A stretch of DNA of 64,000 nucleotides, from positions 1 through 64,000 of the forward strand of contig JAPMXV010000061.1 in NCBI GenBank assembly GCA_026936335.1, given 5' to 3'. Every line of letters begins with the position of its first letter. Within the stretch, counting starts at the first letter, position 1. The position numbers were made by a program, and so were the translations under genes. The notes under the pieces were generated by a model. It searched no databases. It saw nothing but the letters and a program-made list of their open reading frames with translations, and had not been told where the DNA came from. The stretch is from Mantamonas sphyraenae STR306. Taxonomy: Eukaryota > Protista > CRuMs. Below are positions 45,798 through 59,700 of the stretch, in pieces.

Positions 45798-47758
45798 ATG
45801 GTGCGTTCTTCGCCAACCGCTGCACACACAGCCCCCTCACACACGCTCACACCTCGCTCCCTGGACGCAATCCATCCCTGTCTTGCCTCACGACACCCAC
45901 AGCACACGACCAGGGCCGTCTACGAGCGTCGTCAGCGTGAAGAACGCCGTCTGAATGACTTTAACCAACAGTTGAGCGGGCGCGTTCAGCGCGACCGTGT
46001 CCTCGAGGCAAACTTCCAGTCCGACCAGCGTGTCGAGAACATGCGTCGCCAGCGCCAGCGACTCGAAATCGAAGAGACCCTTATGCAGGAGCAAGCCATG
46101 CAGCAGGTTCGTTGTCTCCCCACCCAGCCTCGCCCCGGCCCCCGCCCAATTCCACCCGCACAACGGAAAACGACCGTTGCCCGCGCCCGCTAGCCCTGTG
46201 TGTTCGCCCCGCACAGCACCCTATCGACGCCCTGTGCCTCCTTCCACACGCCCTATCTACCTGTGGCACATTCTGCACACATCCATGGCTCTTGCGAGTC
46301 TGTTTGTGCCTGCCTTGCCCCCTGGGTGTCGTGGTGCAAAATCGCGCTCGCGCATCAGCTCCGTCTTTCCCTCGCCGATGGCCCACACCCATCCACGTTC
46401 ACCACACCCTCTCATTTGCATTACGCCTCATGTAACCCGGTCACATCACACACACTCACACACTGCGCGTGGCCTCTCACCCACAAACACAGGCTCTGGA
46501 AGATCAGGAGAAAGAGCGCAAGCGCAAACAACGCGAGAAAGTCCTCAACCAAGAGATTGAGCGCAGGCAAAAGGAGAAACTGCGTGAGGAAAAGATGCGC
46601 CAGCTGGTGTGCGAGCAATCGGATGAACTGAAACAGCTTCAGGCTCGCCTCAAGGATGCCTACGTCAACAAGGAACGCGCCGCGCAGCGTGCAGAGCTGT
46701 CCATGCGAGGCAGCAAGGAGAAGGCTCTGGACGCAGAGTTGGAACGCATTGCACAGGAGGAGGATCGCAAGTACAGAGAGGAGCAGGAGCGCCGCAAGGA
46801 GGCCTTGGTGCAAAACGCCCTCGAGGCCCGTGCACAGCTGGAAATGCAGATGGAGGAAAAGGAACGTCTGATCCAGGAGGAGCTTGCACGCAAGGAAGAA
46901 GAGCGCAGGCAAGTGGACGAGGTTGTGCGCAAGATTCAGGAGGAGGACGAGGCCGAAGTTCAGGCCAAGGAGGAAGCCCGCCTGGCACACCAGCGTTACG
47001 TGCGCGAATATCTGCAGGAGCGCGAACAGCTCAAGGAGGAGGAAGAAAAGCAGAAGGAGGAAGAGGAACGCCAGATCCAGGAGTTTGCCAAGCAGGTGGA
47101 GCAGCGCCGCGCAGAACGCGCAAAGTACGAGAAGGAGCTCAAGGAATCCAAGCTGCGCAAGCAAGCCTACGTGGCCTATGTGCTGGAAGAAAAGACAAAA
47201 CAGCAGCAGGAGCTGGAAGACTTGCGCATGGAACTGGCCCTGGAAGAGGCCGAGTATCGCGCCATGGAGCGCGAGCGTGCGCGCCGCGAACGTGTGGCCA
47301 AGGACCGCGAAGAGATGCGCAAGTTCAACGAGCGCATGCTGCGCGAGAAGGAGGAGCAGGCCAAGCGCGAGAAGGAGGAGGACGACCGCTTCCGTGAGGA
47401 AATGATGGCCAAGTTTGCAGAGGATGCTCGTATGGAGCAGCTTTCGGACCAGAAGCGCCGCATGAAGGCCATCGAACACAGGCGTGCCGTGCAGAAGCTT
47501 ATCGACGAGCGCCAGGCCAAGCGCGAGGCCGCCAAGCAGGCCGAGCTCGAGGAGTTCCGCCGCCAACAGGAGGAGGAGGAGTGGAAGCAGCGCATCATCG
47601 AGGAAGAGCGCCAGCGCATCCTTGCCGAACATGTGGCCGAGGTCGCCGATTATCTGCCCAAGGGTGTCCTCAAGTCCGACGAGGACCTCGCTCTGTTTGA
47701 CGACCGTGTCCAGCAGAAGCTCACGCGCCGAGTCGACGAGGACGTCTATTTCGGATGA
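45798..47758 (+). CDS. MNS1: MNS1 (trichohyalin-plectin homology, axonemal protein)
   Basis: ELKQLQARLKDAYVNKERAAQ, MMAKFAEDARMEQLSDQKRRMK.IEHRRAV, YLPKGVL; introns 45801-45902 and 46107-46492. Confidence 0.9.
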
Positions 47759-47789
47759 CGATTGTCGGTGCAGAGGCAGCAACCACAGG

Positions 47790-47803
47790 CACAGACACAC
47801 ACA

Positions 47804-47835
<32 letters not shown>
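47790..47835 (+). repeat. (CA)n microsatellite (others at ~44950-44973 and (TG)n ~55966-55982)
   Basis: Seen directly. Confidence 0.95.
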
Positions 47836-47837
<2 letters not shown>

Positions 47838-47941
47838 ACGTATTTGCACAGGCACACACGCACACATGGCTGGGAAGTGCGACGGGTGCGCCAAAGAAAA
47901 CACTTTTCATCCAAACAACCCACCCGTTTCAGCACCCTGGG

Positions 47942-50900
47942 ATGAGCACAAACTTTGTCAACTCGTCCTCTCAGTACGTTGCAGGTGCCCCGTCCTCGGG
48001 TAGCACCAGCAGCGGGCGGGCATACGGGGAAACGGAGGCTTCCAAGCGCAAGCGCCGCGAGCTGCCTCCGCCGCCCAAGATGGACGACATCGATGTGGCA
48101 CACAACTTGCTGTTTGGCAATCCACGCGCGGCGCAGACGGGCATGGCCACACAAGCCACAGGCACAGGCCATGCCACGGACAGGCCAAAGACGCTGGAAG
48201 AACTTCTCAACGAGGACGACGGCGACATGGACCTCGAGTACGACTCGGACGACGAACAGCTCATGGATCTGCATCGTCTCCTACGCGGTCGGCAGGGCCT
48301 GGACATCCAAAGCGTGATGGAGCGAGAAAACCAGCTGATGCTCAGCGAGGAACGGCTGGAGGCCATCCGCGAACACTACGCACAGATCTCCCAAGTGTCC
48401 GAGCGCCTCATCTCCATTGTTGGCGACATCGAACCCATCGAGCGCGACGAGTATGCTGAGTTTGATGTTCACAAGGCCGACTTTATGGAGAATGTGGGGC
48501 GGCACGTCGCCTCGGACCTGCTCAACGGCCTCCGCACAGAAAACCTTCAGTCGGACCTGTGGGACCTCCACGACTTTTTCGAACGCGCCCAGGACCGAGC
48601 CATCAGTGATCCCATTGAGGACGAGGTGGAAAAGACCGTCGAGATGGCCGAGAAGATGGACAACCAGCTGGACTTCTTCTTCAAGACGGCCCAGAGTCAA
48701 CGACGCGAGGAACACAGCAACGTCCTCGACGTGTGGAGCCAGCTGCACTCGGCCCATCAAATGCTCACAGAGAAGCAGCAGAAGGAGCTTGAGGAGTACC
48801 AGCGCAAGCTGAAGAACGCACGCGACCACGACGTGAAAACGTAAGAGCCAGCCTCCCATCCAGCCCTGCCAGCCCTTTGTTTCCGCGGCCCGTTGCACTG
48901 CAGACACGCCCTTCCACCGCGCACACGATGGACCCAGTCCTACTTTACGGCATGCATGCGCACTGAGGCGTGTGTGGTGATGTCCATGTGCCCTGCATAC
49001 ACCTCCAGCGCGCTTGCAGTCGAGCGTGGTGACCGTTGCTCACACCACAATCCCACCCTCCCCCCCCCGTGCACGTCCCGCAGCCGACGCAAACACCCGC
49101 GCGATTCCGCAGCAGGCAGCGAACGTGCTCTAGTGAAGAAGCTGCAGGACAGGGACAACGAGATCGAGGTGCTCAAGGGCCAGGTGGCAGAACTCGAACA
49201 GCAGATGAACGCGAAGCAGCGAGAGTTTACGGAGCAGGTGCGCTTCCTCAAGAGCCAGCTCATCAACGAGTCGGTGGCCAGCACCACAAATGGACTCCAG
49301 GGCGCTGAAACCCTCACGCCCATGGAACGTCTCAAGCTGGAACACCAACACTCGCAGGAAAAGATCAAGTCCCTGGAGGAGAAGCTCACGTCTGCCCAGC
49401 AGCAGGTGTTTTCCCTCTCCTCCCTCCTGCAAGCCATCCCAGATGTGTCCAGGGATGGTTCTGGCGATGGGCCTGCGCAGGCGATGCTCTCTCGCATGGT
49501 GGATATGCAAAAGCAGCGCAACGATTTCGAGGCTCAGTTGCGCGAAGACATCGAGCGCGAGTTTAACCGGAAGTTGCAAAAGGTCAGCGACCGTCTCTCG
49601 CAGCAGTGGGAGTCACGTGTGGAGCAGGCTATTGAGCTGGAGGATTCTATGCAGGAAGCCAACCAGTTCCTCACCGACCAGCTTGCGCAAACACGCGCAG
49701 CGCTGGAGGAAGCCACCGACGAGCTGAATGGCCTGAAGCGCTCGCAGCGCAGCCGCCAAAAGTGGGGCAACACGCTGCGCCAGCTGAATGTCCATCCCGC
49801 CGAGTCGCCGACACGCAAAAAGACGCCCACCAACGTGCGCAAACTGAAGCAAAACCAGCGCTCGCCCTCCAGCCTCAAGTCCATGCGCTCGCCAAGCATG
49901 GCAGCCGACGTGCTGGCAGAGATTGAGCGGGAAGAGAGCATGAGTGCAGACGGTGCATCGGGAGCCACGGGCACACCGACACCTCCGCCCACCCTGTCTA
50001 GCATGAACAACGACCAGCTGGTGCGCCACATGATGCTGCAGTTTGAAGAACCCGAGAACCAGCTCAACTTGACCTTCCTTGAGTTTGCAGACACTGTGGA
50101 AAGCATCCAGGAGCGCGAACGGGAGTGGAACGAGACGCGCGAGATGCACGACGAGCTGGACGGACTGTTCAAGCAGGTGGAAACTCGTTACAACGACGAA
50201 AAGGAGACGCTCGCCGAGTTGAAGAAGGACATGGAGGCAAGCGTGGCGTCGCGCAAGACCATGCAGAGGCAGAGCAGCAAGCGGTCGCTTCCGGACACCA
50301 CGGACGACGAAGTGGTCGGCATGCTGACACGCGAGATGAACGAAGCAGCAGCAGACTTTGCAGAAGTCAAGGAGGTGATGGAGAAGGAGAGGAAGGACGT
50401 TCGTTCGGCCTCCAACCAGTGCACATTCCTGCACGACAAGATGGTGCAGAACCGAGCCCAAGTCAAGTCCATGCGTCTGCAGTGGGACGAAAACCAGCGC
50501 AGCTTCCGCGCACAGGTCGACAAGCTCATCCTCACACACAAGATCACGGAGGCGCAGCTGAGTGTGAGCACAGCCAACCTGCAGGAGGATCTGCAGAGCA
50601 CGCTGAACAAAACCCTGAACAGCTTGGAATCGTTGCGAGACAACAAGCTGAAGCAACTGAAGGAGCTCAACGACAAGGCACGCGGCCTGCATGGACGCAT
50701 GATGATGATGCGCAACGACTACGAAGCGGCACACACGACGCTGCGTGCAGGAACCGAGCGCATGCGCGCGCGCCTGCAACTGTACCTGACGACACGCGGC
50801 AAGCACTTGGACCGCTTGCGCGAGTTGAAGAAAGACCAAGAGGTGCAGCGACAGAAGCTGGAGGAAGCCAGCCAGAAGAAACTGGAAGAGCGTGCTGTGG

Positions 50901-53900
50901 AGACGGAGGCCAAGATGGAGGCGCGCAAGAAGCACTTGAAGGGCATCTGGACAAACACCACGCGCGGAATCATGACCAATCTGCGCAAGGTGGAGCACGA
51001 AAAGATGAAGGAGATGCAGAAGCGCGTGAGCGAGCTTGAGGAGAAGCTGGCGGCTGAAGAGGCGGCCAAGGCACGCGAGATCGAAGAGATCAAGGTGGAA
51101 ATGCGCCAGGAGCTGGAGGCGCAGCAGCAGCAAATGCGCGACATCTGGGAGCAGAAGCAAGACACGATCAACCAGGAGTATGCGGAAAAGATGACGCTTG
51201 TGGAGAACCAGAAGAAAGCTGTGTTGCATCAGCAAAACGTGCTGCGCACGTCGACAAAGTCGCGGCGCAACACAGAGCAGAGCAGATACAACGAGATGGA
51301 AAGCAAGCTGCGGGAGCTGGAAAAAGCACTGGAGGGTGTGGTGACTGAGAAGCAGGAGCACGAGCATTCGCTGAAGAAGGAGCTGGACAAAACAAAGCTG
51401 GATGCGGAGAAGCAAATCGAACGCATGGAGAAGCAGAAGCGCGCAGAGATCGCGGAGCTGCACCTGCAACGCATGAAGGAGGTGGACAGCGTGCGGGAAC
51501 AACACATGGCGGACCTGGAAACGGAAAAGGCGCGGTACGAGAACGAGATGGCGCAGAAGGAGGAGGAGCACAAGCACCGCATGGCAGAAGCGGAGCAGCT
51601 GATGCAGCGGGAGCTGGAAGCATACGAAGAAGAACTGCAGAGCCAGATGGAAGACAAGCTGAAGGGAAGCTGGAACGACATGCACAAGCGCTACAAGCAG
51701 GACAAAGACAAGCTGGCGGAGCAGCTCGCGGCAATGGAGGCCAAACAGGAGGAAGAACTGCAGGAGAGGCGGGAGCAGCTTGAACGCGAGATGGAGACGC
51801 GCAAGCTGGCGGAAGAGGCAAAGCTGGCGACAAAGGAAGGGAAACTGGCTGCAGAATTTGCCGAGAAGGAAAAGGAGCTTGCAGCACGCATTGCAGAGAT
51901 GGAGGCAAACGAGGCAGCGCTGGAATCGCAGCAGAAGGAGCTTGAGCACATGAAACGTGAGTTGCAGGAGCGCCATCGCTTGGGGATGGAAGTGGTCGCC
52001 CCCGTGCAGCCTGCACACGCCGAGGCACTGGGAACAGGGATTCCACACATGGGCGGCACGGGTGGAGCTCCTTTGCAGCCTGGCGCAGCAGGGGCGGGAG
52101 CACGCGGCGTGGGAGGAGGCGAGCTGGGCACGGGCAGAACGGCGTTTTCGCAGATCAACGGCGCCGGCAAGCGAGGAAGCAGCCGCAACGGACGCCAAGA
52201 GGCGTCGCCACGCGTGGAGAACCCGCCGAGCATCTCTACAAGTGGGTTTGGCGTGCGCGAGCGCGAAGAGGCGTTTGGCACGATGGATTCGCACGTAGTG
52301 GAGGGCCAGCGTGCACTGGAAGGCCAGAGTGCAAGCGGCAAAGACGGCACGGAGCAGCGGCGGACGATCAATCGGCCTCGAAGCAAGAGCGGACGCCTGC
52401 ACACGGGCTCGCCGTCACTGAAGCTCCCGACTCCCGAGCGAAGTGCACCCAGCAATGCCAACTACAGGGTGGACGACGAACGCACGCTGCAAGAGGGTGC
52501 ATTTGTTGTGAGCCGATCACCGCGTACGCCGCGCAACGGCGCAGGCGTGGGCGTGTCCGGCGTAGGCAGTGTTGCAGATTTACAGGATGGCCACGAAGTC
52601 AATGTGCTGGTGCTGGACAGCTCGGCAAGGGAGAATGGCCAGAAGGCGCAGCAACAAGCGGCCAAGGCGACAGTGGAATCGACGCAAGTCCCTACGCAGG
52701 CCGAACCTGCCCAGGCATCCTCCTCTTCCTCCACTTCGTCCAGGCGGACACAGGTGGCGACGCGCAAGCAGGCATACGGAGCCGAGACGGCAGCCAAGGC
52801 GAGCAAGAAGCGTGCACATGCGCTTGCGCAGCAGATTGTGGAGAACGAAAAGGAGATGAGCACGTTGGAGCAGATCAACGCCAAGGTGGCCGAAGAGTAC
52901 GACGAACTGTACAAACAGCTGCAGGAGAAGGAAGCAGAGCTGCAAAACAAGAAACGAGAAAAGGTGGCGCTGTCAAGATCCAAGCCACGTACAGGGGCCA
53001 TGTCAAGAGGCTGCTGTTCAACAAAAAGACAGAGCTGCGTCGGTTGGAGCGTGACATCGAAAAGATCCAATCGTCAAACGACTTTTCGATGGAGAAACTC
53101 AAGGCGGAGCTGAAGCAGACGGAGGCACGCGTGGATCGCATGCGTAAGGAGCAGGAAGCTGCACAGGACATCCAACGCGTGTACCGCGGACACAAGACGC
53201 GTGAGCTTACAACACGGTTGGCGCAGATGCGGGAGCTGGAAGAAGCGGAACGTTTGCGACAGCAGGAGATGCTGGAAGCAGATCGTGCTGCGTATGCAGA
53301 GTTGCAACGGATGGTGCGTGAGGTGGAGGGCGAGCAACAGGCACGGCGGGAGGCCAACGGGGCAGCGACAACAATCCAGAGGGTGTATCGTGGACGTCGC
53401 GACAGAGAATTGTCGAAGCAGCTGCGAGACTCGTCGCAGGAAGTGGTGATCGGAGGACGCAACGTGCGTGCCAACGAAGCCGGGAGCCTGCGACGTGCAG
53501 CGTCGAGCAGCGAGCGTTTGGACAAGGCGTTGGGCAGCATGACGGTGGACGAGCTGCGGCAGGAGGCACAACAGCGAGCCAACAAACGCAAGGAGAAGCA
53601 GGAAAAGGACCAAGCGGCAACGCGTATCCAGAGTGCGTTCCGAGGCTCGAGCGTGCGCAAGAAGACGAAAGGCAGCATGAGCAGCAGCCGACAGAAGCGC
53701 CTGGAGGCGTACGGGCGCGTGAACAAGAAGAAGCAAACGAGTGCACGCGAAAAGGCACGCCAAACCGAAGAGGAGCTGCGCAGGCGCATTGAAATGGAGG
53801 AGCAGGCACGCGCTGAGCTGGCGGAACAGCGCAGAACCATCCAACGGGAACGAGACCGTGAACTTCGCGCACTGAAGAATGCCACAGCACGCACGGCGCG

Positions 53901-55959
53901 GCCCACAGATCTTGACCAGATCCAGGTGGTGGGCAGCGGCGGACAGAGGAATGGCTTGAGTGGAAGCCGTGGCGGTGGATCCGGTGTGTACGTGCTGACA
54001 GGCTCGCCCGAGCGGTCACAGGTACAGCAAGAGTCGCCCGCAGCCGACGGCGTGGCACGGGACCAACGCGCGCAGAGTGTCGACAGCCTTCACAGCGACA
54101 CAGAAGATGGGGAACACGTGCTGGACATGGATCTGGCAAACGACAAGGACAGGCGGCACATGTTTTCGACCGTGGTGGGTAGCACGGACGTGGTGCACGC
54201 ACGCATGGACGAGCTCAAAGTGCGCACAGGAAAGACTCCACGTGGAGGAGGTGGGTTCCACGGCGATAGTGATGGACGCGGCGATGGATCTCGCCCCGTG
54301 CCACAGGGAGACCTCCCTGGCCTGGGCCTGTCGTTGGAGTACGAGCAGCAGCACAGGGAGCTGGAGGCGATGGAATTGGAGGGCCAAAGCTTTGAGGCAC
54401 GTGCTTCGCAGCTGTTGCAACAGGACATGGCCCTGAAAACGCAGCGCAAGCGCGATGCCGAATTGGACGAGCGCATTGGCAGCGGAAGCCGCGGCGTGAC
54501 GCCACAATTCCCGCAGTCACCGCGCTCGCACATCCTGGGACCGCCAGAGGTGCGCAAGGCTGGTCAGAACCCGAACCAGCTGTCACAGAGCACAGCTGTG
54601 GCCAACGCAGTGAGGTTGCAGAAGATCGAGGAGACCAAGGTGGCGTTGATGCGTCTGCAAACGGCGCTGTCAGCCACGTTTGGCAAGTACAAACGTCTTG
54701 TGGGTGAACTGGTGGAAAGCAACCCAACGAGTCGCACGCTGACGGTGAACCAGAGCGACGTGGGTGAACTCAGGGTGGTGGACGCAGCCGAGATTGCAGA
54801 CGCAGAGACTCTGGCGCAGGCGCGCGCCAAGAGCAAACGACGCAGCAGTGTGGCCACGACCATTCGCAGTGAGCGACGCTCGTCGGACGTACAGCGCATG
54901 CATATGGAGCGAGTGGAGGTGCCATCACCGTCCCTCAGCGACAGACCTTCCACGGCGGAAATGCGCACGATGACAACGACGACCACAACGACGACCACAA
55001 CCACAACCACCACGGAGATGCACCTGAACAGCAGCAGCCCACTGGCAGGGGTGCGCGAAGAGACACAGGGGATGCGTGGTGCGCGGTTGAACACCCCTCC
55101 GCGTACACCGAATCGCACGTCGCCGACACGTGCTTACACAGGCGACAAGGCATCGTTTGTGGTGCGTTCTCTGGAAGAACAGCTGCTGGTTATGCGTGTG
55201 CTGTTGGAGAAGGAACGTCTGGAGCACAGCAAAACCAAAGAGGCGCTGACGGCGGAGATCAAGCGTCGCAAGGCGGCCGCTCTCACCATGGAAACCACGC
55301 GTCTGGTGGGCAATGTGCTCATGGACATGCAGAAGCCCATGGAAGAACAAATGGGAAGGGCCAAGCTGCCGCAGATCACAGGCTCGCGCCCTTTCCACAC
55401 CAACACACGTGCTGGTCTCGAGTCGCTCATTGCCAACGCCAACCGGGAAGTATTGGAAAGCGTGCAGCAGCAACAGCAGCAGGTGGTGGTGGCCGTGGCC
55501 CACGAAAGTGACGTCGGCAGCAGCGGAGCGTCAAGCAGCTCAGGCAGCAGCTCTGGAAGTGCAAGCCTGTCCAAGAGCACAAAGAAAAAGTCTGTGGCTG
55601 CCAAACAATTTGCACCGGCCATTCCAGCGGATATGCCGGAGGTGCGCAACCAAGAACTGGTATCGCGTGTGGAGGCGATGCAGTCCAAGAAACCAACGCC
55701 CCCGCCACAGGACCCGGCTTCCACCAAACAGAAGCGCAGGGCGCCAGCCGCACAGAAGCAGAAGCAGAAGCAAACCAATACGGCCAGCGTTCGCTTTGAT
55801 CTCCCGCGACCGGGCAACGACGACATGCCCGGACCCTGGGGCGACGACGAAGGCGCCGGCCAGGGCCGTGTCTATGGTGGCCGCCGTGTCAAGCTCAAAA
55901 AGAAGAGTGGCGCCTTTGCCAAGCAGGAGCATGCCCGCAACAAGATGTTTGGTCGTTGA
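47942..55959 (+). CDS. Giant (~2,600 aa) coiled-coil protein with four IQ motifs
   Basis: ORF from 47942 joins via intron 48841-49083 (AC|GTAAGA...CGCAG|C) to ORF 48893. A missing G at ~52969 restores AVKIQATYRGHVKR and joins ORF 53044, which has IQRVYRG twice and IQSAFRG. Confidence 0.75.
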
Positions 55960-56032
55960 AGTGTCGTGTGTGTGTGTGTGTGATGGACTGGAGAAGTGAA
56001 CACCTCTTTGCGACCCCCCACCCACCGCAACC

Positions 56033-56713
56033 ATGTCCGCTTCCACGCCGAAAAAGCTCTTCAAAGTGGCCATTGATGTAGACGAGGTTCTTGCGGCGCT
56101 GCTGCCCAGTGTCATCGAATGGACAAACGAACAGTACGGGTTGAATCACACCTTTGACCAGTTCTTCTCGTACAGCTGGGACAAGGTGTGGGACGTGCCC
56201 ACAGAGGTTGCGACGGAACGAGTCGAGGCGTTCTTCCTCAGCGAAGCCTTTCCGCTGCTCAAGCCAATCCCGGGAGCCAGCGAGGCGCTGGCGTACTTTG
56301 AAGAGCATCCGGAGATCACCACCTGTGTCGTGACGTCGCGCCAGACGAAGCTGGAGGCAGAAACCATGCGCTGGCTTTCGGAAAACCTTCCGCACTTTCA
56401 ACCAGACGCAGTGGAGTTTGGCAACCATTATGGCGAGGGCAAGAAGCGCAAGAAGAGCGAAATGTGCATCGAGCATGGCGTCAACGTGCTCATCGACGAC
56501 AGCATGGGATATGCCAAGGACTGCGCTGCACACAATGTGCACGCCATCTTGTTTGACCTGGACGGCACCTACGGCTGGAACCAAGAGGAGATGACCGACG
56601 AGGAGAGCGCGCTGATCACTCGTGCCACCTCGTGGAAAGAGGTCATCCAAGTGGTGGACACCCTGCTGGACGAGTGGAAGCAACGCGAGGGAATAATCAA
56701 TAGTGAGGAATGA
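56033..56713 (+). CDS. HAD-superfamily 5'(3')-deoxyribonucleotidase (NT5C-like)
   Basis: VAIDVDEVLA (motif I), PIPGASEAL, VVTSR, KSEMC...LIDDS. Confidence 0.9.
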   Translation: MSASTPKKLFKVAIDVDEVLAALLPSVIEWTNEQYGLNHTFDQFFSYSWDKVWDVPTEVATERVEAFFLSEAFPLLKPIPGASEALAYFEEHPEITTCVVTSRQTKLEAETMRWLSENLPHFQPDAVEFGNHYGEGKKRKKSEMCIEHGVNVLIDDSMGYAKDCAAHNVHAILFDLDGTYGWNQEEMTDEESALITRATSWKEVIQVVDTLLDEWKQREGIINSEE

Positions 56714-56748
56714 ACGCCACACAGGAGTGTTTGCTTTCATTGCTGTGC

Positions 56749-59700
56749 CTACTTGGGTGGTGGAGGCAATGCCATTCCTGGGCTGGGGGGCAGCTTCTTC
56801 AGCGGTGCCAATGGTTGCTGCTTGGCTCCCGACGTCGTCTTTGCCTTTGGCAGCTTGCGTGGTAGCGGCTTGTGGCTGCTGTGGGGCGACGACACCTCGC
56901 TCTTGCTCACGGCTTCTCCTCCATCGCCGTTGACAGTGTTGGTCGTCATCATCTTTGGCGGCGGTGGCAGCGTCAACCCAGGACCAGAGGCCGAAACAGA
57001 AGCACCTGCTTCATGTCCATCCTGCTCATCTTCTTGCTCCTCCTCCTCCTCCTCTTCCTTTGGCGCAGACGTCATCATCGGTTTGGGCGGCGGCGGCAAC
57101 ATCGGCGTTTTCGTGGTCACCGACTCAGCCTGTGCGCCGTTGTCATTGTCGACATCATCGCCATCGTCCACAGTCAACGATGCCTGCGATGGCACCTGAA
57201 CCTCGTCCTCGTGGTTATCCTCAGCCACGGCAGCGAGTTTGGTGGGCGAGTTTGAGATCCCGCGCATGACCTTGGGTGAAGACGATCCCATGTCCATGCC
57301 CATACCCATGCCCATACCCATGCCCATGCCCATGCCCATGGATGGAACCTGCGGCACACCTGCACTGCGGCTTCCTCGTGGGCCACCACGGCCAGGCGGC
57401 GGCGGAATCATCCCGGCTCCATCCCCAGACTTGCCACCGGGCGTTTTTTGCCCAGGCAGGCCGGGTGCCTTCTTGAGCATGGCCAACACTTCGCTTGCGT
57501 TCTGTTCCATCGGGTTGTTGCGACTCTTGCTTCGGCTGCGCGAGCGTGCACTTGCTGGCAAGCCAGGACGCACCAACAGGTTTGCGTTGGGTGCTGCTGC
57601 GGTTCCACCTGGCGCCGTGCTTCCTCCAAGTCTGTTTCGTCCGGGAGGCGGCGGTGTCATTCCAGCACCCAGAGTGGGCAGTCGTCCTCGTCGCGGCGTG
57701 CTGCGGCTGCTTCCAACACTTCCATCTCGCTGCGCTTCTTCGTCGTCGCCACCTGCATCTGCACTCGAACTCGTGTCCATTCCCAGTCCCATGCCCAGTG
57801 GCTTCAGCACAGGGTGGCGCAGGGACACGGGCGACGCATCCTTGGACGACGACGGCGTCGAGTCTTCCGCCGCGGGGGACGCTGCCTTTGCCCCCATTGG
57901 CGGTGGCGGCATGCTACGCAGCTTGGGTGGTCCCTGCGTCACTGATCCAAGTGCCGGCGTGGCTCCGGGAACAGGACGACGCCCGGCCATGCGCCCGGAT
58001 CCAACACCCATGAGACTTGGCACCGTCGGAACTGCCTCTGTGCCCACCTGCTTCTCTTCGCCCGCTCGTTTGCTCTCAATCACGGCTTCTTCGTCGTCGC
58101 CATCACCTCCGTCGCTCTCAGCGCCGTTGGTCGCTTTGGCGGTGGGCGCTACCACCTTGGGTAACACCGCGGGCACCGCACGCACAGTGCCTGCGTCTGT
58201 GGCCCCGCCTGTGTGCTCCTGCGTGGCCATCATCACCGGCACCGGCGCTTTCTCCAACGCCCAGTGTTCCGGGTCATCGTCGTGCGTGTCCTTCTGCGGC
58301 GCCACCTTGTTCTTGCGTCCGTGCACCTTGACCTTGCCGCCGACTCCCACTCCAAGCAGCTTCTTGGTGTCACTGTCGTCTTCCTCGTCGTCCCCGCCGT
58401 GGCTGTTGCGCACACGACGTACCCACAGCCACATCAGCGCCCAAAACAGCGCCACCTCGATGGGTGCTATCGGTGACAACGCCCAATCGAAACAGGTGCC
58501 CGTCAGCACCAGCACAAGGATGCAAAGCACCACCTGCACGGCAAACATCACCGTCCAAAACTTTTTGATCTTGTCCCACAGCGCGGTCATGATGGCCATG
58601 TCCACAGCATCATGTTCCGGCAGCTCCTGCACGCGCAGTTCCGCCTTGTGCCACTTGCGCGTGCGTGCCACAGTGGCCAGCTGCAGCAGGAAAATCAGCA
58701 CACCCACCACAATGCTCACCACCTCGCACCATGTCTGGTCCACAGGCACGGGCACAGGCACAGGCGCGGGAGGCAGGCCAAAGTTGCCCGTCAACGTCAT
58801 CGCAGAGCACACTGCCGACAGCGACGTGTTGGACGCCGTGCGGATGCCCCACGACGTCTCCACCGTCACACTGCCAATGCTGATGGCATCTGGCGCGGGC
58901 TCCACAATGGTGATGGCCAGTTCCGACGCGCTTGTCCACTTGCCCGTGTATGCATTGCCAATCGAAGGTACAAACGTAAGGATGGCATCCACCGCTGCTT
59001 TGCTGCCCACGTCCGGCTGCTGCGTGGCTTCTGCAAAAGTCACCGTCAGCACATCTCCAGCGCCGTACGACGCATCGGTGCTGCCAGCCCCGCCGCTGGC
59101 CACAAACGAGGTGAAACAGGGGCCACGGCGTGTGCCAAAGTTGCCATCGACGGCCATCAGACCAGAGGAGGCACGTGACGTGGCTGCACTGTTGCGAACT
59201 GTGCCTGCCACAAGCTCCACCATCAGCGTGGCCAGATTGGGGCTGCCACTGCTGCTCACGTCTCGTTTGCCAGTCACCGTTTCCACCACGTCCACATACA
59301 GCGTGCGTGCGTCCGCCCACTGTGCCCTCAATTCGTTGGCCACAGGTTGGTTGAACCGCACCGTCGCAGCCACCTGCGCCGCCGTCATGCTGGGCTGATT
59401 TGTGTCTGCGTCAAAGCGCAGTGTCAGCCGGTCGCCAGGGCCGTACACAGCATCTGCATTTGTCGGATCACTGAAGGATGCCCCAATCAGTTTGGGTCCT
59501 TCCAGCGAACCCCACGAGCCCACAGAGGCCGGCGACACGTGCCCCACCGTGGCCACGCCCAGGCCGTCGCTTGTGAACAGAGGCCCCACCAGCGTGGCGG
59601 TAAAGTTGCTTGGTCCGTCCGATGCCGCAGCGACGCTGTTCACAGTGATCACAAGCGTGGAGGCGTTCTGCCATACGCCCGAATAGTCTGTGCCAATGCT

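Noticed and set aside
31363-59398. Many long antisense or alternate-frame ORFs (e.g. 31377..33431+, 46421..48274-, 49613..52402-, 57239..59398+)
   Set aside because: Shadow ORFs of GC-rich, codon-biased real genes with no independent domain signal.
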